A DNA stretch of 64,000 nt from Candidatus Omnitrophota bacterium. GTDB lineage: Bacteria > Omnitrophota > Gorgyraeia > Zapsychrales > Zapsychraceae. The notes under the pieces are model-generated. The model saw only the letters and a list, made by a program, of their open reading frames with translations, did not search any database and was not told the origin of the DNA. A program made the position numbers and the translations under genes. This document shows positions 35,710 through 45,178 of this stretch, piece after piece. Every line of letters begins with the position of its first letter. Position 1 is the stretch's first letter. The stretch lies in the NCBI GenBank assembly GCA_015233195.1, contig JADFYE010000009.1, positions 8,026-72,025 of the forward strand, in the 5' to 3' direction.

Positions 35710-36225
35710 TTATACTTTTCTACGTAAACCAAAAAGTCCCACTAAACCACTGCCCATTAATAATAATGAAATCGGTTCAGGTACAACACTAGAAGCATTT
35801 GCATTTACAGTTAATGTAGAATCTTCAAACCAAAAATTACCCCAGGTTCTGGTAATCGTTACATTTAACAAACCATCATTTTGTAAATATGCCGCATTAA
35901 CTAAATAAGAATATGTCCCTGTATCAACTTCAAAATTTGCGACATCATTATTTCCATCAAAACTAATTGTTGCATTTTCAGTAGCAATCCAATCAAAACC
36001 CTGATCCCAAAAACGTATACTAATATTCGCTGATGTAATAGTATTTGTAGCTGGATTAAATCCATGATCCAAAATGTTATGTGTAAAGGTGTACGATGGA
36101 TTAAACATTGATAAAGCAACATCCGGCTCAGGATCAACCACATCAACAAAAGTTAATGCATGTGCTTGAGTCGCAATCAAAAGCCCTGCGCCAAACAATA
36201 TAACCATTAATAATAATTTCTTCAT
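35710..36225 (-). CDS. PEP-CTERM sorting-domain secreted protein
   Basis: Signal peptide. C-terminus 'VPEPISLLLMGSGLVGLFGLRRKV' is PEP motif + TM + basic cluster. Confidence 0.9.
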   Translation of the reverse strand: MKKLLLMVILFGAGLLIATQAHALTFVDVVDPEPDVALSMFNPSYTFTHNILDHGFNPATNTITSANISIRFWDQGFDWIATENATISFDGNNDVANFEVDTGTYSYLVNAAYLQNDGLLNVTITRTWGNFWFEDSTLTVNANASSVVPEPISLLLMGSGLVGLFGLRRKV

Positions 36226-36266
36226 TTCTTTCTCCTTTTTAATATTAATTTTTTTTAATTAAAATT

Positions 36267-37118
36267 TTAATGTGCGCCTTCGCCAGTTATTACTACTCTG
36301 AAGGTGCGTAACAAAATTTTTATATCCGTCCACAAACAAACCTTCTTAATATAGAGAAGATCATATTTTACTTTTTTACGAACATCGTCTTTAGTCTCAT
36401 CGTATTTATGCCATACCTGCGCCATACCAGTTAAACCCGGCTTAATATACAAACGTTTATAATAATCCGGGATTTCTTTTTTAAACTCTTCCACAAAAAC
36501 CGGACGTTCAGGACGCGGTCCGATCAAAGACATTTCCCCTTTTAAAATATTTACTAATTGCGGAAGTTCATCAATATGCGCTGTTCTCAAAAATTTTCCA
36601 AAAGGAATAATTCTATCATCATTCTGTGATGCCCAAACCGGACCAGTAGCCTTCTCAGCATTCGCTTTCATAGTGCGGAATTTATATATCTCAAAAAGTT
36701 CTCCGTCTTTACCTACCCGGGTTTGAGAATAAAATATTGGTCCCCGAGAAACTAATTTAATCAAAACTGCAGTAAATAAAAATAATGGTGACAAAATTAT
36801 AAAACCCAAGATAGACGCTAGAATATCAAATACACGTTTTGTAATATGATAAGTCCGACGAATGATCGAAACTATCATGCCTAAAACGCCAGTTCCAAAC
36901 AAAGCTAAAGTTGAAGGTTCAGGAGCGCGGGAACGATCTGCTACTGGTAAATGTTTAGTTATTTCCGCTTTATGATGGACTACAGATATTGTATGATCTT
37001 GTTTAGGATTTACAGAAGACAAGCCTGCTTTTGCAGAAACAGCAGCAAAGCTGATTGCAAAAAATAAAACTAAAATTGTAAAGAAACGTACAAATCTCAT
37101 ATTTTTCTTATTTCTCAT
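36267..37118 (-). CDS. priming sugar-phosphate transferase (bacterial sugar transferase family) with N-terminal signal peptide and embedded PEP-CTERM-like segment
   Basis: 'KRVFDILASILG..SPLF...IKL.SRGPIFYSQTRVG..G..F.IYKFRTM' core. Start uncertain: the track ORF reaches 37184, and M at 37118 gives a signal-peptide-like N-terminus. Confidence 0.85.
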   Translation of the reverse strand: MRNKKNMRFVRFFTILVLFFAISFAAVSAKAGLSSVNPKQDHTISVVHHKAEITKHLPVADRSRAPEPSTLALFGTGVLGMIVSIIRRTYHITKRVFDILASILGFIILSPLFLFTAVLIKLVSRGPIFYSQTRVGKDGELFEIYKFRTMKANAEKATGPVWASQNDDRIIPFGKFLRTAHIDELPQLVNILKGEMSLIGPRPERPVFVEEFKKEIPDYYKRLYIKPGLTGMAQVWHKYDETKDDVRKKVKYDLLYIKKVCLWTDIKILLRTFRVVITGEGAH

Positions 37119-37245
37119 TAAATTATCATTTTGTGTGAAAGTTAAAAATGTAATTAAATATAACATATTTAATGCGAAAATCAAGTAAACCTTTGGGACT
37201 ACCTTAGAAGACCAATAAATAGTTAAACCATTAAAAATAAAAGAC

Positions 37246-37878
37246 TTACGGCAAGTACTGCTTTATATGCGGAAATATATTTTTACCAAAATTTTTAATT
37301 CTTTCCACAGCTGCCTCATCAGGCTCCTCATTTTTAACTATAGTTGATATTCTTATTAACGCACTGCTTGATGGTTTTTTCAAAAATGATTTTACCGCTA
37401 TTAAAATTTGCTGCTGCCAATAATTAGGCGTAAACTGATCCCCTACCTTAAACCAATAACAGAAAAACTGAGTCTGTCCTGCACGTTCAGATTTCAATCT
37501 ATTAACATTTATCTGATACCTTCCCTCGCCTATCGTATCAATTTTAGAATCAGTTATAGTCGACCCTCCGCCGGTATAACAAATTTCAGGGGGATGTGAT
37601 ACTTTTCGATTATGCTGTGAATACACCATGAATAAAAAAACCTCATCACCAGCAGGATTAAAATATTTACGCACAAAAACATTATCCGTCTCGAGTATCG
37701 CCTTATCTTCTTTAGATACCGGAATCTCATCCGATTTCCATTCTCCAATTACCTTAGGAAACAAATTAATATCAACTGTATCCTTTTGAGCATAAGTAGC
37801 AAAATATATATTAAACGATAATACGCCAGCATAAATCAATCCCGCCAATATCAAAACAAAAGACCATTTAATTTTCAT
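37246..37878 (-). CDS. EpsI family exosortase-associated protein
   Basis: N-terminal TM. 'FPKVIGEWKS..' and 'SHPPEICYTGGG' patterns typical of EpsI. ATG at 37878 overlaps the exosortase stop (ATGA). Confidence 0.8.
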   Translation of the reverse strand: MKIKWSFVLILAGLIYAGVLSFNIYFATYAQKDTVDINLFPKVIGEWKSDEIPVSKEDKAILETDNVFVRKYFNPAGDEVFLFMVYSQHNRKVSHPPEICYTGGGSTITDSKIDTIGEGRYQINVNRLKSERAGQTQFFCYWFKVGDQFTPNYWQQQILIAVKSFLKKPSSSALIRISTIVKNEEPDEAAVERIKNFGKNIFPHIKQYLP

Positions 37879-38693
37879 TCTAATAACCTCCCTACTGCAT
37901 ATAACAATACAAAAGCAACTGCAAAAATAAAAAATCCTGACGCGTCGTGCACAAAACCTTTTGTATATTGTGAACCCCATATTTCAGCGACTGAAGATAA
38001 AAAAACCACCCGTATAACATTAGTAGCAACTGCAATTGGTATAGTCGATAAAAATATTACCCACTTTTTAAATCTAGTAGTAACCGTCATATAAGCAAAT
38101 ATTCCGCCCAACGCCAACAATGATATTAATGAACGCAATCCACTGCACACATCGTCTACCACTACATAAGCGTGACGCATATATATCATACTTCCTTCTC
38201 GTAACGCCGGAATACCAATATGGTTTAAAATATAAGCTGCAATTTTAGCTGCCAACATTTTCATGCGGAAACTTATATTTGTAATAATAACCAGCGGCAA
38301 CGGGAACATAAAAAGTAAAAAAACTATCGGCATCCAAATCTTACGCAAAATTTTCCATCCATAAAAATAAAGTATCAACCCGATCAAAACCGTGAACATG
38401 GAAAATCCACCGACAAAATAAACCCGGAATAACGAAGAAAAAATATAAATTAACAAACCTAATATAACAATTACCGTCCCCCAAAATGATGGAGCAGCCG
38501 GCATCTCTTTTAACTCATCTTTTTTCTGCCAGATAAGATACACAGACACAAATGGTATTAATATGCCGTGACTGTAATAAGAATCCCGAGAGAACCATCG
38601 ATCCCACATCCATAAAATTATAGGAACATAGGCGAGAATAAATAATACGAAAGCGATAAAAATCTGCCAGTTCTTTTTCATTAAATTATTCAT
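37875..38693 (-). CDS. exosortase (EpsH/Xrt family)
   Basis: 'W..RW...DSYYSHG.LIP' N-terminus. 8-TM layout. Catalytic-Cys region 'DDVCSGLRSL'. ATG at 38693 overlaps the GT2 stop. Confidence 0.88.
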   Translation of the reverse strand: MNNLMKKNWQIFIAFVLFILAYVPIILWMWDRWFSRDSYYSHGILIPFVSVYLIWQKKDELKEMPAAPSFWGTVIVILGLLIYIFSSLFRVYFVGGFSMFTVLIGLILYFYGWKILRKIWMPIVFLLFMFPLPLVIITNISFRMKMLAAKIAAYILNHIGIPALREGSMIYMRHAYVVVDDVCSGLRSLISLLALGGIFAYMTVTTRFKKWVIFLSTIPIAVATNVIRVVFLSSVAEIWGSQYTKGFVHDASGFFIFAVAFVLLYAVGRLLE

Positions 38694-39793
38694 GCCTTCG
38701 CCTTTTCCCAGGTTACTTGTTGCTGAGCAGTTAAAAAACGCCACAAACCCTCTAATGCGGCAAAATTTAAAACACAAAACATATACGAGACAGGGCAAAA
38801 AACCGCACTCCCATAAAACGCAATTTGACTCAATAAGATAAACAAATAAACCGGATCCCTCGTTACTAAAAAGATATTGAGGACAAATAAGAATATCATC
38901 AAAAACGGCATTTGCAACCGTAAAAATTTATGTGAAAAAAGTTGAATAGCTATCGGACTTTTTGCGGGGTTGAATAAAAATGGGAATAATGCGAATATCT
39001 GAAAATTACCTGCCAAAGTCCTTACTTTACGACGATGCTCCTCTTCAGGACTTTGCGCCACCTTGTCAAAAGCTTTAGCAGACACATCAAAGATCGCGCG
39101 ATAGCCTTGCTGAATTATGCAAAAAGGAATAAACATGTCGTCTAAAACTATATTTACAGGAAGACTCTTGAACAAACCTCTACGAATCGCATATATAGCT
39201 CCAGTAGCACCCATTATTGAATGGATCCGCCCCTCTTGAGCGCGTATAAATTTTTCATAGCTCCAGTATGCTCCCACACTTTCCGAAACTCCTCTGCCGT
39301 CACTTTCTAATATTAATTCGCCGCTTACACATCCAACTTTAGGATCAGCAAAATTTGCAACCAACTCCCTTATTACATCAATTTCAAAACGCTGGCGTGC
39401 GTCGCAAAACAGCACAATATCGTTCTTCGCCTCTTTTAACAAATCATTTAAAACTGACATTTTCCCCCTGCGTTCCCTATAATCAAAAAACTTCACCCGA
39501 TTATCTTTGAATTGATAGGATAGTTCTACAGTAGCATCATCTGAACCGTCTGAGCCAACTAATATTTCAAGTTTATCTTCTGGATAATCTAATGATAATA
39601 AGTTGGATAATTTTTCAGCAATATGCTTTTCTTCATTCCAAACTGACATGACAATTGAAACTGATGGACGCAAAGAATAATCTTTATGGACTATTTTATT
39701 TGAAAAGAGTGCCACTACCCACAAAATCGCCGGATACAAAAAATAACAATAAATTATTAAACCCAAACATAACCAAAATAAAAAAGTTAACAT
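38690..39793 (-). CDS. glycosyltransferase family 2 (membrane-associated)
   Basis: 'VSIVMSVWNEE', 'VGSDGSDD', 'CDARQ' GT-A motifs, with C-terminal TM segments. Confidence 0.85.
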   Translation of the reverse strand: MLTFLFWLCLGLIIYCYFLYPAILWVVALFSNKIVHKDYSLRPSVSIVMSVWNEEKHIAEKLSNLLSLDYPEDKLEILVGSDGSDDATVELSYQFKDNRVKFFDYRERRGKMSVLNDLLKEAKNDIVLFCDARQRFEIDVIRELVANFADPKVGCVSGELILESDGRGVSESVGAYWSYEKFIRAQEGRIHSIMGATGAIYAIRRGLFKSLPVNIVLDDMFIPFCIIQQGYRAIFDVSAKAFDKVAQSPEEEHRRKVRTLAGNFQIFALFPFLFNPAKSPIAIQLFSHKFLRLQMPFLMIFLFVLNIFLVTRDPVYLFILLSQIAFYGSAVFCPVSYMFCVLNFAALEGLWRFLTAQQQVTWEKAKA

Positions 39794-39798
39794 AAAAT

Positions 39799-40548
39799 TT
39801 ATCTTTTCTTTAAAATCATTCCTCTAATTTTATCATATCCTCTATCTCCAAAAACTCTCCTCACCAGCGTCTTTATCATAGTAAATAACTTCATTTTAAA
39901 ACCGATCTTCCCGGTAACTGCCATGACAAAATCTTCTATAGTCCAAACGCCCTTAACTGCAATGCGCTCAAAACAACCTTCGCTAAACCCAACCCGTTTA
40001 TCTGAAACAAAAATTTGTTTATATCCAGCTTTCTTTGCTGCAGCAATCACTTTATCGTCATAAAATCCCCTGGGAATAGATATTGAATCAATAGAACAGC
40101 GTAATTTACTTTCAAGCATAAATTTTGATTTGGTTAATTCTTCAAATAAAACTTCTGTAGATAATCCAGTTAATATCTTATGTGTAAGACCATGCGAACC
40201 AATATTAAAACCAACCATTCTCATAACCGCCAAATCTTCCCATGACAAATAACCATCGCGACCAATCCTATCAACTATTACAAAAAAGTATGCGGATGCT
40301 TTTATTTCTTTTAAAAACGGCACTACTAATTCAAAATTGTTTTTCTCTCCGTCATCAAACGTTAAAACAATATTTTTATTATCCGCGTTTAAATTTACAG
40401 TAAAACGATACGAGTTATGTTGCAACCAATTCAAATGTTCTTTAAACGCGTCAATTTTAACATCATATAAATCAGCGCCTCTCTCCCGATCAACAAAGCC
40501 AGAACCCATTTCAGGAACTATACCGTGGTACATTAAAATTTTAGACAT
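39799..40548 (-). CDS. polysaccharide deacetylase (CE4/NodB family)
   Basis: 'LTFDDGEKNN' and 'GSHGLTH' NodB motifs. Confidence 0.85.
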   Translation of the reverse strand: MSKILMYHGIVPEMGSGFVDRERGADLYDVKIDAFKEHLNWLQHNSYRFTVNLNADNKNIVLTFDDGEKNNFELVVPFLKEIKASAYFFVIVDRIGRDGYLSWEDLAVMRMVGFNIGSHGLTHKILTGLSTEVLFEELTKSKFMLESKLRCSIDSISIPRGFYDDKVIAAAKKAGYKQIFVSDKRVGFSEGCFERIAVKGVWTIEDFVMAVTGKIGFKMKLFTMIKTLVRRVFGDRGYDKIRGMILKKR

Positions 40549-40549
40549 A

Positions 40550-42841
40550 TTACTGACCTTTAGTTAACTCTTCAATCTTTTGCGCGATTATATACCTGCG
40601 ACTATATAAATATTGGCTGTCTTTATTAAAACTCTGGAAAGTACTTATAAATGCTGGCTCAATATTTAAAAGCTCATTTGCCTCTTTATAAATCGACGAG
40701 GAAACAAAAGCCGCGTCTTTTTGCATCCGCTCATCTAATATTTTTTTCAACATCACAAGATACTCATAATCCTCCATACCATCCTGCCATATTTCAGTAC
40801 GGATCGACATTACTGGACCATCTTGTCCCGGGTAAAACAACAGACCATTACCATTCTGTTCCCAATCAGTATTTTTTGCTGATTGAAAAGGATCTACATT
40901 CGGCCACCAGTTCACGCACCAATACAAAAATCCCTTAATGTTATATTTCCAGCACATCCAAGGAAGTATACGATAATCAATACTGTCAAAATCCAACGCT
41001 AAGTTAGGCGCACCGTCGCTGCTCGGACCTGAAACATACACCCACATTTCTTTACCAAGCTCGACTAGCTTTTTGAATTGTTTCTCATTATAATCACTGA
41101 TTCCAAAACACCAAATATCAATATCTTTACCCCAATCCGGGTATTTAGCCGGATCCCAAAATCCGTGATAACAAGCCATATTCTTTAATTTCGGATGAGC
41201 ACGATGAATCATGCTGGCAATTTTCGGCACCAAAGGATTACCGATCTCGCCTTCATCCCACGTATAAATGTAATGATAAGGAAACAGTTTATTCAATGCT
41301 AATAATTCACCGTATTGACGATAAAGCGGCAACAAAGCTTCAATGTCCTCATCAGTTTTCGGCCAATTATTATCAAAAGTCCCACCTTTTTTCCCGATCG
41401 CAAAATTACTTAATCCAAACATACGGTAACGGTCTACTTTGCCTAAATCAACATTATTTGTCGGATCAATATTCAAAACTGGATCCATGCGGTGTTTAAC
41501 AATTTCGACCAAAAACTGATCATTCAAATCATCTAAACGGCTTTGATATGCCTGATCGCTTTCCTGGTCTTTTTGCGGATACCATTTTTTTGTTATATGA
41601 GGATAAAAATCAAAAGCAGTGCGTAAATGATTAAACCGAGGTAAAACAAAATCAAACACTTTTACATTTATAGATAAACGGACGTCAGCGCTGCCAGCAA
41701 CATGAACTATCACCTCTCCTTTATATTCACCAGCTTGAGTGTTTTTATCAGTACGCAAAGTTATCCAAAAAGGTTGAGCGTCTCCAGAAGCGATTTCATC
41801 CGGCATAGTTGGCAAAAGCGGATCCGGCCATTCACCCCCACGCTTAACTGGATAATAAGATTTTTCAGTCGGGACATAACCAACAGTCCGAACTAAAAAA
41901 TTTTTAGAACTTATCTTAACCACACCATCAGACGATATTAAATCCGATACTTCAATTTGAATTCCTTTAAGCGGATCCTTACCATTTTTTATCACGACTT
42001 GAAAATGTTCAGATTCATTTTTAGCCAGCGCAATATTCACCTGCGAAGAAAATGCTGCAGGAATTAAAGTCTGACCATCCCTAAATATCCGGTCTAAAGA
42101 AGACGCAGTAACAACTTCAAATCCGGGTTTTAATTTTGTAAGATCTTTTTTAGATTTTTTAGGTTTATCCTCTACCCTACCGACCATGGGGATAGCCGCT
42201 TCAACAGAACCCACGTCAACATTACCAATATTGTCAAAATATAAAACCTGATCCATGCTTGGAGATTTAATAAATATTTTTATGTAAGATATTGTCTCGA
42301 TATCACAGGTTTGCGATATTTGCTCCATTGGTATACTTACATGAGTAGACTTAAGCGGGTCTGCAGCAGCAATAAATTCAAAAGACGATTTGGGATAATC
42401 TTTACCGCTTTTGATCTTTACTATTAGGGAAACCGCCCTCTCATCATTATTAAAAACATCAAAATGAAAATCTGACTTGCCTTTCCAATTTTGAACTTTT
42501 GAACCATACACCTCCCATAAAATACCAGGATATTCTTTACCAGCACGAAATGTTACCATTAAGGAATGCTGACCGCTTGCCGCATTCTTATTAGAAATTT
42601 CAGCTTTTGCGTCTGCGACATCAAAAACATCAGCATCCTGCGGCTGTTCAAACCCTACAAAAAAACTTTGTTTATTACCTGAAACATGCGGCATAACTTT
42701 AACTGTTTTTTTAAACCAAGACTTTAAATCTGCACCGCCGCTTTTCAAACCCTGGACCAAAAATACTGCCAATAAAGCAGAAATGATCATGCCGACAATT
42801 ACGCCTGACAATATAAAAATAATCTTATCTTTTCTATCCAT
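40550..42841 (-). CDS. membrane-anchored DUF4091-like putative glycoside hydrolase
   Basis: N-terminal TM. C-terminal 'LLFYPGQDGPVMSIRTEIWQDGMEDYEYL' resembles the DUF4091/GH123-like signature, recalled from memory. Confidence 0.6.
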   Translation of the reverse strand: MDRKDKIIFILSGVIVGMIISALLAVFLVQGLKSGGADLKSWFKKTVKVMPHVSGNKQSFFVGFEQPQDADVFDVADAKAEISNKNAASGQHSLMVTFRAGKEYPGILWEVYGSKVQNWKGKSDFHFDVFNNDERAVSLIVKIKSGKDYPKSSFEFIAAADPLKSTHVSIPMEQISQTCDIETISYIKIFIKSPSMDQVLYFDNIGNVDVGSVEAAIPMVGRVEDKPKKSKKDLTKLKPGFEVVTASSLDRIFRDGQTLIPAAFSSQVNIALAKNESEHFQVVIKNGKDPLKGIQIEVSDLISSDGVVKISSKNFLVRTVGYVPTEKSYYPVKRGGEWPDPLLPTMPDEIASGDAQPFWITLRTDKNTQAGEYKGEVIVHVAGSADVRLSINVKVFDFVLPRFNHLRTAFDFYPHITKKWYPQKDQESDQAYQSRLDDLNDQFLVEIVKHRMDPVLNIDPTNNVDLGKVDRYRMFGLSNFAIGKKGGTFDNNWPKTDEDIEALLPLYRQYGELLALNKLFPYHYIYTWDEGEIGNPLVPKIASMIHRAHPKLKNMACYHGFWDPAKYPDWGKDIDIWCFGISDYNEKQFKKLVELGKEMWVYVSGPSSDGAPNLALDFDSIDYRILPWMCWKYNIKGFLYWCVNWWPNVDPFQSAKNTDWEQNGNGLLFYPGQDGPVMSIRTEIWQDGMEDYEYLVMLKKILDERMQKDAAFVSSSIYKEANELLNIEPAFISTFQSFNKDSQYLYSRRYIIAQKIEELTKGQ

Positions 42842-44021
42842 TTGTTTTAACCATTTCGTATATGCTATTTAATTTTTTACCAACAATCGACCAATCATAT
42901 TGACTGCAAACTAATTCTCGTCCATTTTTACCTAAAAATTTTTGTTTTGCCGTATCTGAAAGCAACGACCGTATAGTATTAGCAAAAACTTCCGGCGTAT
43001 CAGCAATCATAATATCTTTACCTTTGGTATAAGCAATTCCTTCAGCACCTATTGAAGTCGAGACTACAGCCTTTTCCATAGACATTGCTTCTAAAATTTT
43101 TAAACGAGTTCCTCCTCCGATCCTAAGCGGTACCACAAAAATTTTAGCTTTATTAATATATGTTCTAACATCATCAACCCTGCCCGTAACCACAACCTGA
43201 GGATCTTTCTTTGCAAATTCTTTTAATTTGTGAGACGGGTCTTTACCTACAATATAAATTTTTAAATCTTTTTCATTTAACAACGGTAAAACCTCTTCAC
43301 AAAAATATATCATAGCATCATCATTCGGCATCCAATCCATTGAACCGGTAAAAACCAAAGCATTCTCATCCGCAATATTTTCAGACGTAAAATATTCTGT
43401 ATCAACCCCATTAGGGATAATTTCGATTTTAGATTTATTATCCGTCAACTCCCGTAATATCGCAGCGTCATCCTCTGATACCGCAAAACCACCTTTAACC
43501 ATGCTTAAAATTTCTTTTTCATAAGATTTCATTTTGCGTGCTTGTGCGCGATACAGCCAGCCCTTTATCGAAGCACCCTCTACGTCAGCACAACGCTCCA
43601 ATATCCGATACTCAACATTATGCTCGTCTATAAAAGAAGGTATTGACCAGGCGCGACTAACATATTGCCCCATATGAATGTGATCGATGTGCACAATATC
43701 ATATTTTTCCTGCCCAACTAAATTTTCTAACATGCCCAACATGTTTTTAGACCGATATTTATCAACAGCGAATGGCTGCTTACTAAACAAAATTGAAATG
43801 GTAGCGCTGATGCCTGAAAGTTTTGTGGCTGGTATCAAACACAAATTTATACCCATGTCCTGAAAAATTTTTTCATATTTTACATCTTCCTTATTAAAAG
43901 AAAAACAAACCAAATCAACATTATTACGTAAAGCTAATTGTTTTAAGTTATGAAAAGTCCGGATCTTCCCGCCGGTATCAATCGGGTATGGCAACCTGGG
44001 AGCTAAAAATAAAATATTCAT
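42834..44021 (-). CDS. glycosyltransferase family 4 (GT-B)
   Basis: C-terminal 'GGGTRLKILEAMSMEKAVVSTSIGAEG' (E-x7-E-like) motif. Confidence 0.85.
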   Translation of the reverse strand: MNILFLAPRLPYPIDTGGKIRTFHNLKQLALRNNVDLVCFSFNKEDVKYEKIFQDMGINLCLIPATKLSGISATISILFSKQPFAVDKYRSKNMLGMLENLVGQEKYDIVHIDHIHMGQYVSRAWSIPSFIDEHNVEYRILERCADVEGASIKGWLYRAQARKMKSYEKEILSMVKGGFAVSEDDAAILRELTDNKSKIEIIPNGVDTEYFTSENIADENALVFTGSMDWMPNDDAMIYFCEEVLPLLNEKDLKIYIVGKDPSHKLKEFAKKDPQVVVTGRVDDVRTYINKAKIFVVPLRIGGGTRLKILEAMSMEKAVVSTSIGAEGIAYTKGKDIMIADTPEVFANTIRSLLSDTAKQKFLGKNGRELVCSQYDWSIVGKKLNSIYEMVKTNG

Positions 44022-44029
44022 ATTTTTAT

Positions 44030-45178
44030 TTAACCCTGACCTTTACGTGGTGCGGGTTTAACCCTGAACCCTACGTGGTTCAGGGCCATATAAATCACTT
44101 CATAATTTTTCGTCATTTTTTTATCACTGTATCCATCAACCACAATTTTATATGCCGCATCTGCTAATTCAGAGCGCGTTTTTTCATCACTTAACATATC
44201 AAAAATAATTTTTGCTAAAACTTTAACTTCACCAACCCCTACTACTCTGCCTGATATCCGATCATGGATCAAATTTGGTATAGCCCCGATCGGTGTTGCA
44301 ACTATCGCGCATTTAGCTGCCATAGCTTCGAGCAGACACATCGGTAAACCTTCAAAGCGTGAACAAACTACAAACACATCAGTGATAGAATATATTTGCG
44401 GCATATCCTTTCTTATCCCTGTAAATATTACATCCTTTTCAATATGAAACTCCCTCGCTATATTTTCCAAACTATGCCGCAATTCCCCATCACCAACCAC
44501 CAAAAATGTAACATCTCTTCGCTCTTTTAAAACAATATTAGCAGCCTCCAAAAAAACATCATAAGCTTTATCTGCACATAAACGTCCCACAACAGTCACG
44601 ACCTGATTATGCTCTGGAATTCCTAATTGATTCTTACAACTTTTGTCTTTTAAAACATTAAATTTCTCTATATCTATGCCATTATCTACTATTTCTATTT
44701 TCTTATTCGATAAACCAAGCTCAACCATTTCAACTTTAACCCCTTCACTAACTGCGACCAATGCATCAGCAAACCGCATACAAAAAGTATCCAACGCTTC
44801 AAACATTTTTACTTTATCATCCGACGACAACCAATTATGGTTAGTTGCAACCCATTTACATTTAGTCATTCGTGTAGCAAAAAAAGCCAAAACATCAGAT
44901 TTATAATTGTGAGAATTTATTATAGAAAAATTATGCTTCTTAATTAAATTTCTCAAAGCAAATATTGTGCTAAGATCAAATTTTCCTCGGGAATCTATAG
45001 AAAATACCGGTATCTGCATACTGCGTGCGACATCCAAAATTTCAAGATGCGGATTATGTATATTGTTAACCGCACAAACCGCGTACTCAAATTCAGACGA
45101 AGGATTTTTAGCAATATTAACTAAAACCCGTTCCGCGCCGAACATGCCGCAGCTGCTGATTAAATGTAATATTTTCAT
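44030..45178 (-). CDS. glycosyltransferase family 4 (GT-B)
   Basis: 'SRFEGLPMCLLEAMAAKCAIVATPIGAIP' motif. Confidence 0.85.
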   Translation of the reverse strand: MKILHLISSCGMFGAERVLVNIAKNPSSEFEYAVCAVNNIHNPHLEILDVARSMQIPVFSIDSRGKFDLSTIFALRNLIKKHNFSIINSHNYKSDVLAFFATRMTKCKWVATNHNWLSSDDKVKMFEALDTFCMRFADALVAVSEGVKVEMVELGLSNKKIEIVDNGIDIEKFNVLKDKSCKNQLGIPEHNQVVTVVGRLCADKAYDVFLEAANIVLKERRDVTFLVVGDGELRHSLENIAREFHIEKDVIFTGIRKDMPQIYSITDVFVVCSRFEGLPMCLLEAMAAKCAIVATPIGAIPNLIHDRISGRVVGVGEVKVLAKIIFDMLSDEKTRSELADAAYKIVVDGYSDKKMTKNYEVIYMALNHVGFRVKPAPRKGQG

